Position numbers and translations under genes: made by a program. From Glaucostegus cemiculus (lineage: Eukaryota): a stretch of 64,000 bases of DNA. Of this stretch, positions 26,411 through 40,652 are shown piece after piece. Each line of letters begins with the position of its first letter. Within the stretch, counting starts at the first letter, position 1. The notes beneath the pieces were generated by a model that saw nothing but the letters and a program-made list of their open reading frames with translations, was not told where the DNA came from and did no database searches. The stretch covers positions 16,182,001 through 16,246,000 of the forward strand of contig CDPCPM010000060.1 of the NCBI GenBank assembly GCA_976551045.1, in the 5' to 3' direction.

Positions 26411-27094
26411 AATTTGCTTGGTATCTTTCTTAATGATGTTCATATGGATTCATCCATGAAGTTCATTCCAGCAGATCCTAATTCCTGCCCTTTATTTGAA
26501 GTTCACTTGAGCCACTTACTGATATTCATATAGCAGTTGAATACAAATGGAGTGGAAACCCTTCACAGTATTTGCTGCCTTGTCCACTGGCATCCTGGCA
26601 GTGAGATAAGTTGTGTCCCAAATTGCCCTGGTAGTGATATCTGTTGTGCCTCAGACATGAAAGAAGATATCCATTGTAATAAATCCCTAGCTCCCTCTTT
26701 CTGGCTGTTGTCAAGCTGACAAGTACGGCAATGGTTACCTTTTTGTCCATTATGGAGTCTGGACTGTCAGGTTGTAGGTCCTATTCAGGAAGTTGAGCAG
26801 TCCAGTTACTGTTTGCTTCCAATAGGCAGATATCTCCTGCACTGCTCCTCAAAGAAATCAATGAAACAAGTCTTGGCCCATGTACTCTCTTGCCTGGTTA
26901 AGACCTGTGATCAATCCCTGTCGCCACAGCATCAGCTGATGTTTAGTTTTGGCTGTTATTGCTCATTTTCCTATATCAATCCATCCAAAGAATGAAATAA
27001 AAGTAGCACCACCAGGTATTTATGTTTGTGATGGGCAGTGGGAGGTGATGGTGAGGTGCGGCCAGTCAAAAATATCAGAAAGAAAATATCAGAT

Positions 27095-27305
27095 CTCTAC
27101 AGATTCTGGAAATCTGAATCAAAGATAGAAAATGATAGAAACAGCAGATCAGGCAGCATCTGTAGAGAGAGGTGATGTTTCGGCTTGAAGACCCTTCATC
27201 AGAATGACCCTTCTTTCAACTGAAATGTTCACTCTGTTTCACAGATGTTATTCCACAGTGGTTACTGACCTGCTGAGAATTTCTGGCATTTTCTGTTTTT
27301 GTTTC
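27095..27305. mobile_element. Foldback hammerhead/Penelope mini-element
   Basis: Left arm on minus strand CTGATGA-AGGGTCTTCAAGCC-GAAAC-ATC; right arm ctgaaatgttcactctgtttc...tgacctgctgagaatttctggcattttctg. Confidence 0.72.
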
Positions 27306-28499
27306 GGAGTGTTCTTGCTTAGAATGGTTTGGAATTTTACTGTTGACAACAGTGCACACATCCCAATAGCCTGAGAACATGAAGTTGAGTAACTTATTGA
27401 AAGCAACTTGGCGTCACGTCAGTCATTTTGTGCAGCCTGTGATGCCAAGTTTTACTCAGTGGTTGACTACTGGCTGGGCTTCTCAGCCAGGCTGTTTAAA
27501 TCCCCCTGGAGCTAACACATTTGGCCTGCTGTTTTAAATGTATCCATTGTCATGCCTGTATCTATATAGCAGGCATTCATCTGAACTCACTCAGCTACAG
27601 AGTTAAAATATCATTTGTGTGGAATTGGCACACAAGAGTTGGAGTAAATGATCTTATCCATCTTACCCATTCATTGGCTTTGCTCCCGCTAGGCAAGGTG
27701 GGTTAAAATCAGGGCAGTGTTCTACTCCACCCCCTCCAAGCAAGTAGGTTTCTGTGATGACTCACTGTGGAAAGTAATGGACTTCTCCAGATGCAAGGCA
27801 TGCATTTGCCAATTATACACCAAGTTCACAAGAACACCGCCTACTGCACTGGCATGACATTTCTATTCCCTGCATTCACTACAAAGATAGCTTTGCTGCG
27901 TGAACTTGCCTAATTAGTAGAAAATGGTGCATAGTTATGGGCAGTCTTGGAAAATGGGCTGGAACTACCTTAGCAAATTTCACTTAAAAAGTGTAAACAG
28001 AAGTGAGAGAGACATATTTTGTTCTCTTTTTGAGAGATGCAACTTCAGGGCTTTGTTTTAATTTGTGGTAATGCTCAGCGAGTTTTTCTCAAACATTTCT
28101 GCCACAGACTACCTTTCAATTCATGACATTAACAGCCATCCTAGAAAGGACACTTTAAGCATGTTCTTATTCAGCATGCTAGTATAATAGAAATGCAGAA
28201 GGTATATCAGATGAATGAAGGTGGAGTGAAAGGGCCAAAGACAGATGCTTTTTAAACTGAGGATAGATAAATGTTGCTGTGCAGCATAATGAAGGTAGGG
28301 TCAAGCAGCAAGCTTTAACACCCATTTACTTTGTGCTCCCCAGTAATATTGTTCTCACTGGTGCACATTTTTACAGATAAAAAAGTGAGCTAGAAAAAGA
28401 TGTTATTTTAACCTAAATCATCTGGTAGGAAATGAAAGAGACTGAGTTGGCTACATGTATTATGTCCTGGTTTCACTAATCTACAGTGACTGGCTATAG

Positions 28500-28900
28500 A
28501 GCGTTGACCCTCTTTTAAAACTCTCAGTCTTTAATTCAAATTCCCCCATGGTCTTGCCCCTATTGCTGTAAGTTCCTTCAGCCTCACATTCATCTGAGAG
28601 TTCTGCAGTCCTCCATTTCAGGCTTACTGGGCATCTCTGATTTTAGCTGCTCCATCATTGTGACAGTCCTCTGATCTGTATACACCCAAAGTTCTGGAGT
28701 TTCCTCACTGAATGTCTTCAGCTCCTACTTCTCCTTTAAGTCTCTGCTTAAAACCTGCCTCTTTGACCAAAGTTTTGGTCACCAGTCCTAAAATTCATTT
28801 GTGTAGCTTGGTTTCAAATGATGTCTGGATATGTTGCTATAAAACATCTTTGGGCATTTTTACTATGTTAAATGTGCCACATAAATGCAAACTGTTGTTG
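28500..28900 (+). mobile_element. Old L2-like LINE 3' end
   Basis: ttaaaacctgcctctttgaccaaagttttgg and ataaatgcaaactgttgttg, typical of L2 3' ends; decayed. Confidence 0.5.
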
Positions 28901-30617
28901 TTAACTAATATGATTTTAATGGGATGTGAAACTGGGTGGGGTGTTAAACTGATGAGGTCCACATTTCATGTAAAATGAATTAGGATTAAGTTACATCTCA
29001 GTTTGGGGCCTAATGTACAAAACAGAAATCGGTCACATGACAGGCATGAGGCCTGACCCTGGTCAGAATTCTTTTATGTACCCCAAGTCACATCCTCAAC
29101 TTCATTCTGTATATAACATGTATATAAAATAAATCTCTCTAAATTTAAATTAAATATTCCTGAAATAGCCCTCTGTGTTGGGCTTAGCTGCTGTGGCAGA
29201 TCCCTCTGAATATTTTGATGAGTTTGGGGTCAGGCCTTTCTGAAGGAGGGGAATTACTCACCTCATGCCCATGGAGACTTTGTAACTGTCATCTAAACAA
29301 ATATAGCCTTCACATAACCAGGCAAATAGCAGTTAATCTGTTTTTGTCACAGTAACAGAATGAATATCAATCTACTCTTCATTCAGGGCTACAGATCTGC
29401 AGTAAGATCTTGATCTAACAACTCACCCAAAGGGTGACACTTTCAGCTACACGGTACTTTCTCTTGGGCTGCACTGCATCGTTAGTCACTGCTTTTCTTG
29501 AAGTGCTGCTTAACATCCTTTGTAAGAGACAAGTTGATACTGAACTTGGATATTCCAGTAACCAACTTTATCGCATAGTTAGTTCACGACATAGAAAGAA
29601 CCTTTCGTTAGATTCCAAATACTATTTTTATAGTGTTGCAATCGACTGTCATTGATAACCAATGGGGCCCCACATAATAAATTATTCTGAGTGACACAAG
29701 GTTTATTCTCTATTGTCTCAACTGAATTCAATTTAATTTTAGCTCTACACATGCTCATATCTTATTCAGCATTCTGTTCTGACCAACCTCCAATTGTTTT
29801 TTCATAATGTATAAATGCAATGTTGTCTCCCACAATCATTAATAAATTAGATTTAAATCATGATAATTTGATGTTTAGTTGCCTGGAATACAAAATATTG
29901 ATGAAGAGTTCAGTCAGGTCTGGCTTATTTACTTTGTGTGGCTTACAGCAAATAGAAGGGTTCATGGATCTGCTCAGATACAAAGTTCACAGGAAAACTT
30001 ATATAATTTTGCACCACCACATTATCACAGTGTGAGAGTCAAATAACAAACTTTAACTAATCATTTGTACACACCTGAAACAATATGCTCTATGATGCTC
30101 AATAAAAACTGCAAGTAAGCACTGTCTAGATTATAGACTGTAAAATGTACATATCTAAAGTCTCAGGTACATATTTAAAAGTGTAGAATTAAGTTTATGA
30201 TCTAAATTGACACAAAACAGATAGTAGCAATAGTGTCATCAGTACATGAGCGGCAAGAACAAGTGATTTAATATGGATTATATCTTACAGTCATAAAGTG
30301 TTGTTATCAATTAAAATAAGTAAGAAGATTCCTGAGAGAGGAGTAGTTAGTTTCCCTTCCCCATGAAAGGAAGCTTAAAAACTCAGCTGGTCTGGAAATA
30401 AGGTTCTGGAATCTACCTTTTGTCCTAATGTCCAGAACCTAATGCAGTAATGAATGTGTGATCAGGCTAGAGTATTATATAATTTGTACTTTATCTGTTC
30501 TGGCTGTTTATTATTGTGTTTACTTGCTGCACTGTAATCACTGGGTATATTGGGATTCCATATCACTGCAGCCATTTTATAGATGTGAATCAGGTGAAAC
30601 TACATTAAAAAAGCACA

Positions 30618-30742
30618 TATCTGCAGGTGCTGGAAGTTTGAAATGAAAACAAGAAGTGCTGGAAATATTCAGCAGGCCAGGAAGGATCTGTGGAAAGAGA
30701 ATCAGAGGTAATTTTTCAGGTAAATGGCCCCTCATCAGAACC
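30618..30742 (-). mobile_element. Penelope-derived module with hammerhead motif
   Basis: Minus strand GGTT-CTGATGA-GGGGCCATTTACCT-GAAA-AATTACC, then tttccacagatccttcctggcctgctgaatatttccagcac tail. Confidence 0.65.
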
Positions 30743-33700
30743 ATCACATTAAATTTGGATTAGATTAGTGATGGCACATGATATAAGCAAGATTAGAGGC
30801 AAGGGAAAGGGTAAACAACAAAAAAGATATTTCTATGAATGGAAGGGTGGAAGATGACCAGAGAGATGATACAAGGTCAGAGGGATTAGTAGTAATATAA
30901 GAAACAAACGATATGTCTGAAGGAACTGTAAATGGCAACAACATAATTGGTAGCCATCTAAAAAAAGTCAACTGTGGCTACGGCCTGAAATAGTTGAACT
31001 GCTAATCTTAGTAGGAATAATTAATTTACCAATAAATTATTTGACTCAGCTTTGTGCTTTCTTTTAGAGTTGGAGGCTAGGTGTTACTCCATCACCTCTA
31101 ACCTTGCTCTGTCTGTGTCTGTTCTTATCTATTCACAGTTTGTTTATCATTTGCAGAACTGGGCAATACATGAAATTCAGGTAACAATGATAAAAATGAA
31201 GGCACTGATTTTATTTGATCTTTCCCAAAGCGTATGTATGTCTTTTGAAACCAACATACTGAACAATGAAATGCTACATTAATATTGTCTTTAGCCAGTG
31301 ATTATTATATTAATTCAAGTTTATTTATCAGTTCATTATTCAACAGGTACATTGGACCGTAAATATTTCAAAATGGAACTATATTTGTGGGCTCCTTGAA
31401 CTCTGTTCAAATAAACTGTAATCTAATGCATGACGCAGGAAGTAAAGACTACCTAAACTAGAATTTATCAGATAAATCATGGCTTGGTCAGTTTCAGTTA
31501 ATCAGTTTTCTGTTTCAGTGCTACTTTATTCATGAATTTCTGGAAATAATCTCAAGAGACCACTGTCTAAGTTTTGTTCCTGTGTCAGCACTATAAAAAA
31601 AACATTTAGTGCGTCACATAGATTCCCAAATCAATAAAGTGCTGTTGGCCAGTAAACACACAGTCCTGCACAATTCAGTAACTGGTTTGCAACATTTATA
31701 AATAGCATGCATAAATTTTATCAGTGGCATCACAGGCTTTTCCTGACTTCATAATAAAACAAATGGCTAAATATTTGTGGCATAATAATAATAAATCAAA
31801 ATTTTAGAGTAAGGAAAAGGAAATAATTTATTTTCTGCATATATGGAGAACTGAATTTCTTTGGCATTACAGAAGAGTAAATAAAACAGAATAATGCAAA
31901 ATTAATTTAAATTCCTAATTTAATATTCATCAATTAAAAAAATCTCTCAGCAACTTTCTGATGTTAATATTTAATATACAGACTATTGAATATTATTTGA
32001 TTACAGTAACTCACAATTTATTTTCTGGATGTGGCTGAACAATATTGCATTTGTACAGTCTGCTGATGGTTATGAGGATTTCCCCTTACAGTTCACAGGG
32101 ACCAGTTGTTTATTAATGTAAGTGGCAGCTTGTAAAATCCCAGAGGTACTAAGAGTCTTTTGCTTTTTTCACATACATACTGATCATTCCCTACATAATA
32201 TTTTTTCGTGGAATGACCAATGAAAATCATCATGTCAGGAATGAGGCTGACATTGCCTTGTTAGAAACAATGTTAGTTTAATGGATTTATTTTAGGTTAA
32301 TTCTTGAATATTGAATGCTGTCCAATTCATGCAAAATAGGAACACCTGTAAAGACAGTAACTAGAAAGGGAAAGAGTAGGTTATCACTTTGGGTATAATC
32401 TTTATCTAAGTCATCATCTCTGGCATTTTCTGCTTTGGTTGAGTATTTCTTTGAGTTGAATTGAGCTGGATTCAGCCTGCTACCTGGACTTGTCACTCTT
32501 GGCCCATTTCTGCCTGCACCTGTTGACCAAGCTGACCCTCAGCTTCCATGTGTCAGGCTGTGAAGCTTCACAGAGCCTCAGCAGTGAGCAGGCCTCATGT
32601 ATACCGCTGAGATCTCACTCCTGGAATGCCCTTTTAACCTACTGTGCTATAATGTTCTATGTTCTAAAAGCTGAGGGTGTCTCTCCAACAGCTATCAAAG
32701 GTGACAAGACATTGTAATAGTTGTTAAATGACTCTGATATTCAAAGCAATTTAAAAACTATTAAAATTAATTTAAACAATTAAAATATTTAAAAATGTAT
32801 TGGAACACATTAAAACAACATGAAATAGTTAATAAAACACTAAAATAAAATAAATAATAAATAAATAACTGAACTTAATTACTATTTCCAATCTAACCAA
32901 CAGGGCTAGGGATCTTTATCTTCCTTTGCCAAGTCATGTGGTCTGGGATCTCAGAGACAGAATTTGTAAGCACAAGTGCTGGGGAAACTCAGCACAGTTG
33001 GGCTTTGTTACTGGCCTTACTTGGAATCCAGTAACGAAGCAAAGGAGCAGTCTCACCAGCACGTGTCACCCAGCATGTCCTGGACATACAGCACATCTGA
33101 GGAAGTTCAGCACCTACTTTCTTGGAGCAACTGAATGCCAACCACATCCATATTGATTCAGCCCTTTATGTGCAATGTATTTGAATTTTGGATCTACAAT
33201 CTCTTTTTTAATGAAGAAACAAAAAGCTTCTTTGTATAAATGCAGGACTATTTTTACCACTGTGCTCACATGATTTCTTGATTTAATGATAGAAGCAGCC
33301 ATGCAGTCGGTATCCATGCAGAAAGCTTAGGTGATAGGGGAGCTGCTTTTATTCTTATGTGGTTTCATCAGATTGGCACAGGAAATAGACTTTTAGCCTC
33401 GTGCTGGGAGAACAGTAGTTGTGTGGTGCTCTGCATTCTGTGGCTGCTTACAGAATGGTATGATTCAGCAATTCCCGTGGTGGAGTACACGTCTGTTAGC
33501 AATGGTAGTGTGGCAGCCTAATCAGTCCATGGATTGAGTGGGAGTGTAGAGTCTGCACTGAGGCTCTGGTGAAGCAGTATTCCATGTATCCTTTTTCCTG
33601 GATGCACACGGATTCATCTCTTTTGGCAGACTGTAGAGACTAAGGCACATTGGCCACCTTAGACTTTTGGAATATGGGATATCTGGACTGCAAATTCCTC

Positions 33701-34119
33701 TAAAAATAAAGCTAATTTGTTCCTGAGTTGAGAGCTGCTAAAGTGCTATGAACATTTGTGTAAGAACTATGATTATTGAACTCATTAAAGGCTAGCTACT
33801 TTGAATCATGCCTATATCATTGATGTAAAATAATGATGGTTAGGTGAAGTAGAGGAGCTAATAAAGTCTCCAAGCTTTGTATCAACACCTTTGCCAAGCT
33901 GATATCAAACATCTCCATGTTCCGTGACTTTGAATGTAAGGCACTAAGGAGTTGACTGTGTGTGCCCTTTGGTTGTCTTCTGGAGTGTGCCTATCAATGC
34001 TATCGCCTGTGTGAGAATCAGCATGAGATCTTGAACTTTGGTAAAATTGCACCTGCAGCATTTTTGCCCATTTCCTTGGCTAATGTACTTGTACCCAATG
34101 TCTCAGCCCAAGCAGATCT

Positions 34120-34646
34120 CAGCCTAACAGCATGAAAACTAGAACCTTGCAGCGTAACAGCATGAACATTGAATTCTCCCACTTTAAGTAATCCCTCCCT
34201 CCTCCACAAATGCCCCCCCCCACCCTGCTTCTTGCCTTTCCTAACTTCCTTTTTTCTACTTTATTTTTCCTTTCTCTCCTTACCTTCGACCCATCCCCTG
34301 GTGGATCTGCTCTCCCCTCCTCCCCCACACCTGCCGATCACTATCTCTTACCCGCATCTACCTATCACCATCTTGTGCTCACCCCACCTCCCCTCTTTTG
34401 TCTTCCCATCACTGCTCTGCCTTTTCCTCCTTATATATTGGGCTTCCTCTTTTCTTATCTTCAGTGAGCAAGGTAAGTGAATGTATCTTCAAATCCCCAC
34501 TAAGTGCAGCAGCAACCTCAGAAGGGTCCTGACCCAAAACATTGACTGCCTGCTTTTCTCCACGGATGCTGCCTGGCCTGCTGAGTTCCTCCAGCGTCAT
34601 CATATTTTTAATCTAGATTCCAGCATCTGCAGTCCTTTGTTTCTCT
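34120..34646 (+). mobile_element. 5'-truncated Penelope-like element (end of GIY-YIG ORF, 3' UTR, interrupted hammerhead)
   Basis: LQRNSMNIEFSHFK* resembles the end of a PLE endonuclease; pyrimidine-rich UTR homologous to 44805-45198 and 51338-51690; gaagggtcctgacccaaaac. Confidence 0.8.
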
Positions 34647-35879
34647 AGATCCCACCTTTATGCTATCCTCAATGTTATGTGCAGAGCCAGCATCTGAACT
34701 GGTGGTTGTGACTGATAACTGAGTGTGTATCTTCATCTTTTTTTTCTTGCTCTTCCTCCAACATCTGGACAATTTACAGCTTGTGATTATCTGAAAGATA
34801 AAAGGGATGAGGATACAGTTGTGGTGAAGGGCGAGGGTAAATTATTCCTTAGCACAATGACTGTACTCAGTTAGGTTACAAATGAATGTCAGCTTATCTT
34901 CGTGGCATTTTGCAAGTTCACTTTTCAGATAGCAAATATTCAAGTCCAAACATCCTGTCTCTGAATGTGTCTCCATCAGAGACCATCAACAGCTTGTAAG
35001 ATAGATGAATACTATGGAATGAAGAACATATGAATTGAGTGAACAAGTATGAGGTGTAAACGTTCACCTTCCATGGTTTGGGTCTCTCAAGTGGCCATGG
35101 TTTCGACAGTAATCATTCTTACCATGGCCAGCATCATTTCTTTCAATGGGGATGCAAACCACTCCCTTACTGGCTGTGCCAGCTGCTCCTATTTTGTGTC
35201 AGGTTCTTCTGTGTATCTGTGGATATCGTGCAATCACTCTGGGTAATGTGCCTGTCATGTTTGAGTAGCTGGTGGAGTACACTTGGTTGAGAGCTGGTAG
35301 AGCCAAGGGAAGCAACAGTGCTAACATTGTGATGGTGAGGAGAAGCAAATGAGGTGCAAATTTTCTTTGCCAGGATTGCTGTTGACACTCAGGTGATAAA
35401 GCTGTAGTGATGAACAGTGTCTGAGGTTGCTGCTGCATTTGGCGGGTTTTTGAAGATCCATTTACTTACCTTGCTCACTCATATGAGGTCGTTCAATTTA
35501 TTCTTGGAGATATTCTCCTGGCTTTGCCCATGGGGACTATCCCTTGTCACTCCCTTTGAATTATGTGCCAGCTCATAATTTCTGTTTCTCTCTCCATAGC
35601 CGCTGCCTGACTTGCTGAGTATTTCCATCATTTTTTCTTTTCACTTAATATTTCCAGCACTTGCACATTTTACCTCAGTGTTATTTTACTCATCTCCTTT
35701 TTCAGGAAATCATACAAACTTTGTAGTGCAGTCAAGATTTAGCTTCCATTGGCCACTTATGAAAATGGGTTCCCTGCAACTGGATGCAATCAATTAATGT
35801 AAGTTGTGCGTGCTACTCTACGCCGATTGGACACATTTTAATTGCACGTGGTGTTCAGTGTGTCCATCTTTGATGGTGA

Positions 35880-36480
35880 ACCAACAATGTCTGATTTTAT
35901 TTTCTTCTTGTCATTTTTTTCTTAGATAGTCCCAAGGGACTGAAATGATTGACTTCCACCAATGAGGCCTAGGTGGGAACCTCAGGCTTTTCCACAGATA
36001 GGGTAGAAGTGGCTGGCGGGGACAGGAGGGTGTATAGTTTGTGAGGTGTTGCACTCCTTCCACCATTTGCACAGGGATTCTGTGTGTTCCAATGCATGGG
36101 CTCAAGGTTCCCAAAACCATCCTGAATGCTGCTTCTCCACTGACTAGAGATTTCCAGAAGTCAGTAGGGAGGTTGCATTTTTTTTTCAAGGAGGATTTGA
36201 GTAAATCTTTAAATCATTTCCTCTATCCACTTATGATCTCCTCACATGACAGACCTTGGAATGAGGTGTCTGGTTTGAGAGTCTGGTGTTTGCTATGCAA
36301 GTGATATGACCTGCCCTGTAGAGCCATCTGAGTGTCACTGGTCCTCAGTGCTGGGAATGGTGGACTTGGAGAGGACACTGATGTTAGTGTACTTATCCTT
36401 CCAGCGAATTTAGAGCAGTTTGTGGAGACAGTATTGACAGTATCTTTCCAGAATCTTGAGGAGTCTGTTGTAGATATTCA
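35880..36480 (-). mobile_element. Decayed RTE LINE 3' region
   Basis: Minus-strand pieces resembling RFKD.LK..LKKCNLPTDFW and C...IGTHRIPVQ; many disruptions. Confidence 0.5.
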
Positions 36481-39400
36481 ATGTCACTGAAGTACACAAG
36501 AGGGCAGGGGTCAGTAGACCATGAGTTATGAGCTAGGTATGAGGTCTTGATTTGCCTGTAGGTCATATTGAAATACAATACCAAGGACGACAAGAGAAGA
36601 GCCACTGCACAGGTAAGGACATGTGTCAGGAGCATTGCAACAGATAAAACTGGAAGACATGCCATGAGGTATGGGTGACCATTTTATGTGGTTGGTTTCA
36701 CAGCCTTTGCACTATTCACTGCTCTGCATCAGTGTGCAGCAAATTGAATGAGCTGATGTCCAATGGAGAAAAAGATGAATCATCTATTCTTTTGCTAAAG
36801 GTGGTTGGAAATGCTTCAGTTTGTCCTTGGCACTCATGTGATGGGCTCTTCTTCCTTCACCAATACACATAATTAGATGTGGCAGGACCTTAGAGTTTTG
36901 ATCAGTTCTGTTGATGCGATTTCTTAGCTCTGTCTGCTGCATGTGATCTGTTGTTTAGAACTCTACCTGGTTGGCAGCTCATTGTTAGGAATGCCTGGTG
37001 CTGCTCAAGACATGTTCTGCACTCCTCAATGAACCAGGCTTGGCCCTCTGGCTTGATAGTAAGTTCTGAACAAGGGAAGTGCCGGGCGATGAGGTCACAG
37101 ATTGTGTTGGAGTATAATTCACCAATGTGAAACGAAACACTTAGTGATTCTAGATTATCACGTCGATACTGTTCATTGTTCTCCTGCATTTTTATGGAAC
37201 ACTTTTAAAAGAAAAAGGAGAACAACAAAATAAATCACATTGGTTGAAGGGTTAGCACCAATGCCAGTCCAATGAGCTGATGGATCTTTTTTGTGGGACC
37301 GATTATAGAAGTGCATGATGAAGTGCTAAAAAGAAATGGATGTGACATTCTATCTGGAGTCTCTTCCACAATTTCTGAAGTTCTCTGATGACCAGAGACA
37401 CATGGAAACAGTTGAGATACATTGAAATATTTTATTAAGTTATTAATTGGCAATTAATGTAATAATTAAAAGTTTTTCTATGCTAACTGATGACATCTGT
37501 TTCATCAAAACAATTTTATATGCAAATGGCAGAAGGGCATCAGTACCTGCTCCACGTTCGTCAGTTATTTATGATTAGTTTTCAATAGCTTGGGGGAAAG
37601 CTTGTCAATGTTTCAAAATTAGAGGAAAAAAACACACTTTTCAGTTGTTATAAATTGGTATAATCTTGGCACTGGGTGCCCAACATCACCTCCCCCTTAG
37701 AAGATATGATTGTCACTTTCATTTTCACCTCCAACTTGCAGCCAAAAATTGACAGCTCATTCTGTCATGAGGCCTCTCCCACAACTTCTAAATGTCTCTG
37801 GTAATCCGAGACATTTAGAAACAATTGAAGTACATATGGATAATTTTTTGAAAGCTGTGTTTTGAAAATTAGAAAATAATACAGCCACTCATGAATTAAT
37901 TAAAGTTTTAATCTTGATATTCATTAAAAAAGGAATAAAAATAGCTTTTCAATGAAGGTCAGTGATCCATTCAAGTGAATGGGCTATTCTAGATACATCA
38001 GCAATGAGTGGTGTAAAACTGAGGGAATGGATGTGATAGGGAATCTCTACTTGATTTGGTCCTGAGTCCACTGGTAAAGCAGGATTTCAGAAATTCTGCC
38101 ATATGACCTTTAGCAAGTTTGGGCACTGATAAACACAATGTACACTTGCTAGAACAGAACTGATAGCTGAAAATCAACACAATTCAGTCCAATATTTATC
38201 GACAACAATGCCATTGATTTGGATTCATATCCTTATTCTAACAATATGTTCCAAAGCATTTTGAAAGAACAATCTCAATAAAACTATACTTCATATTAAG
38301 CCACCAAAAATGATATCAGGGCACTTAACCATTCGCTGGGCGAGCTTTTACCAGTGGATTTCAGAGGTCTCACACCAACATAAAGGAGCAAAGAAACACA
38401 AGTGCCTGAACTAAACTCGATGTCAAAGCCAGAGCCAGCCCTACTCGCAGTTTGTCTCAGGATCCTTGAAGGTTGCCTCTGCTGTTATATTTTACCTCTG
38501 CTATACTGCTCATTGCTACATTGCAGAATTCAAACATAGCTCTAAAGTGGGGATCTTCAGATGTTTGGTGATTGCAACTTCTGTCAAAACTAGTTGCATT
38601 GTGAAGGAATCCAAATGTGCAGACATGTGAAGCCTTTCTTGACATCACCCTGGCAACTTAATTTGTGTCAGGAAACTGCCTCCTGTGTACACTGTTCTTT
38701 AGAAGCCTGTGCAGGTTCCTTTGCCCTTGGGAGGACTCTAACACAGATCCTTCCCATCATTTTTGCATTCACTCTTTCCTTGTCAGCACTCCCCAGTAGT
38801 TGAAAGAGTGCTGATTGTATTGTGGTGTGACTTTTTAAGGATTACTTCCTGAGGTCAGAGTTGTGAGTGAAGGTGCTACTAATATGGGAAATTCAAAACA
38901 TAAGGCCTGTTATCCTGAAGCAGAATAAAATTACATGATGTGTTATTATTGTTTGAAACTTCACAATGCCTCTAGAGGTATTTTATAACAACTGAACTGG
39001 GATGTCACTGACACTGTTGCTATTCTGGAAAAGGGGACAGATGAAATCTTGGCAAGATTTGAAAATGAGTAGGATTTTCAAGTGGAGTCATTGAAGGACC
39101 TGGAGCCAATGTGTCACTAAGCACATGGGTGTTAGGTGAATAAGGCTTTTATCACTTCAGATAGTTGAAAGACACATGGCAGGTGTCACTTTGGATCACA
39201 ATATCAAAGAGACAATCCATCCTCTGTACAAAAGCAGCATTCCACTGACTGGAATATCTTTTCTTTGATTAAATGTATTGGGGGACCAAACACCAAAAAC
39301 AATTTGCAGATCACTTTAAATGTACAAATTTTATTGAATAATTGAAAGAGTAGTGTAAAAAGGGAAGAGACAGTCACAGCCTGATAACCAGAAGTTAAAT

Positions 39401-39802
39401 GCTGTAAGCTAGACCAGCAAGACCTGAGAAAACAGAGCTGATATTTTCAAAACCAAAATATTGAAGAAAGACAGAGAAAAGACAGACATTAAAGTAATGT
39501 GTCAGATGATACTAAATGTAAAAGATGTAATGCTACAAATATTTTGGATGAAAATAACAACCTTAGATTTCATACTTAAAAGATGAAAATTGCATGAGAC
39601 AGATCCAGATCCTGCACAATTAAAAGTATTTTTCCAATTCATATTTGTTCCCCCAGAATAAACCAGGTAGTAAAGCCTGATATATAAAATGAGTTCATTA
39701 GGCAAAGGTTTTTTGAAAATTGTTACAGCTGCCCATTTATGTTATTGGTTAGCTGCACTCTTAAACTGTTTGGCTTCTCCTTAAATTTTGCTCACATCAC
39801 AA

Positions 39803-40065
39803 TACTGTAGCGGTTAGCATAAGATAAGACCTGGATTCAATTCCTACCACTGTCTGTAAGGACTTTGTATGTTCTCCCCGTGTCTGCATGCGTTTCCTCT
39901 GGGTGCTCCGGTTTCCCCCCACATTCCAAAGACGTACGGGTTAGGAAGTTGAGGGCATGCTATGTTGGCACTGGAAGCATGGTGACACTTGCGGGCTGCC
40001 CCCCGAACACTGTACGCAAAAGATATACGTTATTGTATGTTTCCATGTACATGTGACTAATATAA
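39803..40065 (+). mobile_element. tRNA-derived V-domain SINE
   Basis: tagcggttagc, ggattcaattcc, gttctccccgtgtctgcatgcgtttcctctgggtgctccggtttcc, tail gtacatgtgactaat. Confidence 0.85.
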
Positions 40066-40597
40066 TCTATATTTACACATCTCAGTCATTACATTTGTAA
40101 CCTGACAAATTTGTCTTCTTAAATATATTTTTGTGTATTTTTCGATGGAAAAACACATTGAGGGAATGTGATGAAAAGTAACAATCACACAGAGGGATCG
40201 ATATACTGAGAGTGAGCAGATCTCAAATGCTCTGTGACTCCATAGTGCTGGAAGGCAGTGAAAAGTTTAGTCTGTGCTACTCAAGAGAGATTTCTTTCTG
40301 TAGACTGCTTTTCTCATTGTAATTATGACAGAAGTTATACATGCTTTACTATAACTAATTGTTCTAAAGCTAAATAGCATGAATTCACACCATTTTTCTA
40401 ACTGGCATTCGTCTAAACACCCTTAATATGCAGACTGTTGAATTTGCATTTCGTACCTTCCACACTTCACTTATAGTTGAGAACAGAGGGATGTGTAAAG
40501 TCTATTGATCTCAGATCTCACTCACATGCCTTTGGATTTTCAGTCTGGATCAACCTGGAGTAAAGCTTTGGTCTGGATTTCCCTCTCTGTACAATTC

Positions 40598-40652
40598 TAG
40601 AACATAGATACCTACAGCACAATTCAGGCCCTTCGGCCCACAAAGCTGTGCT
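40598..40652 (-). mobile_element. ~55-bp CR1-type tail
   Basis: tagaacatagatacctacagcacaattcaggcccttcggcccacaaagctgtgctg; one substitution versus the 24190 copy. Confidence 0.8.

Noticed and set aside
35465-35580. Minus-strand coding exon ending at AAG/GTAAGT
   Set aside because: All three frames have stops shortly upstream of the donor.
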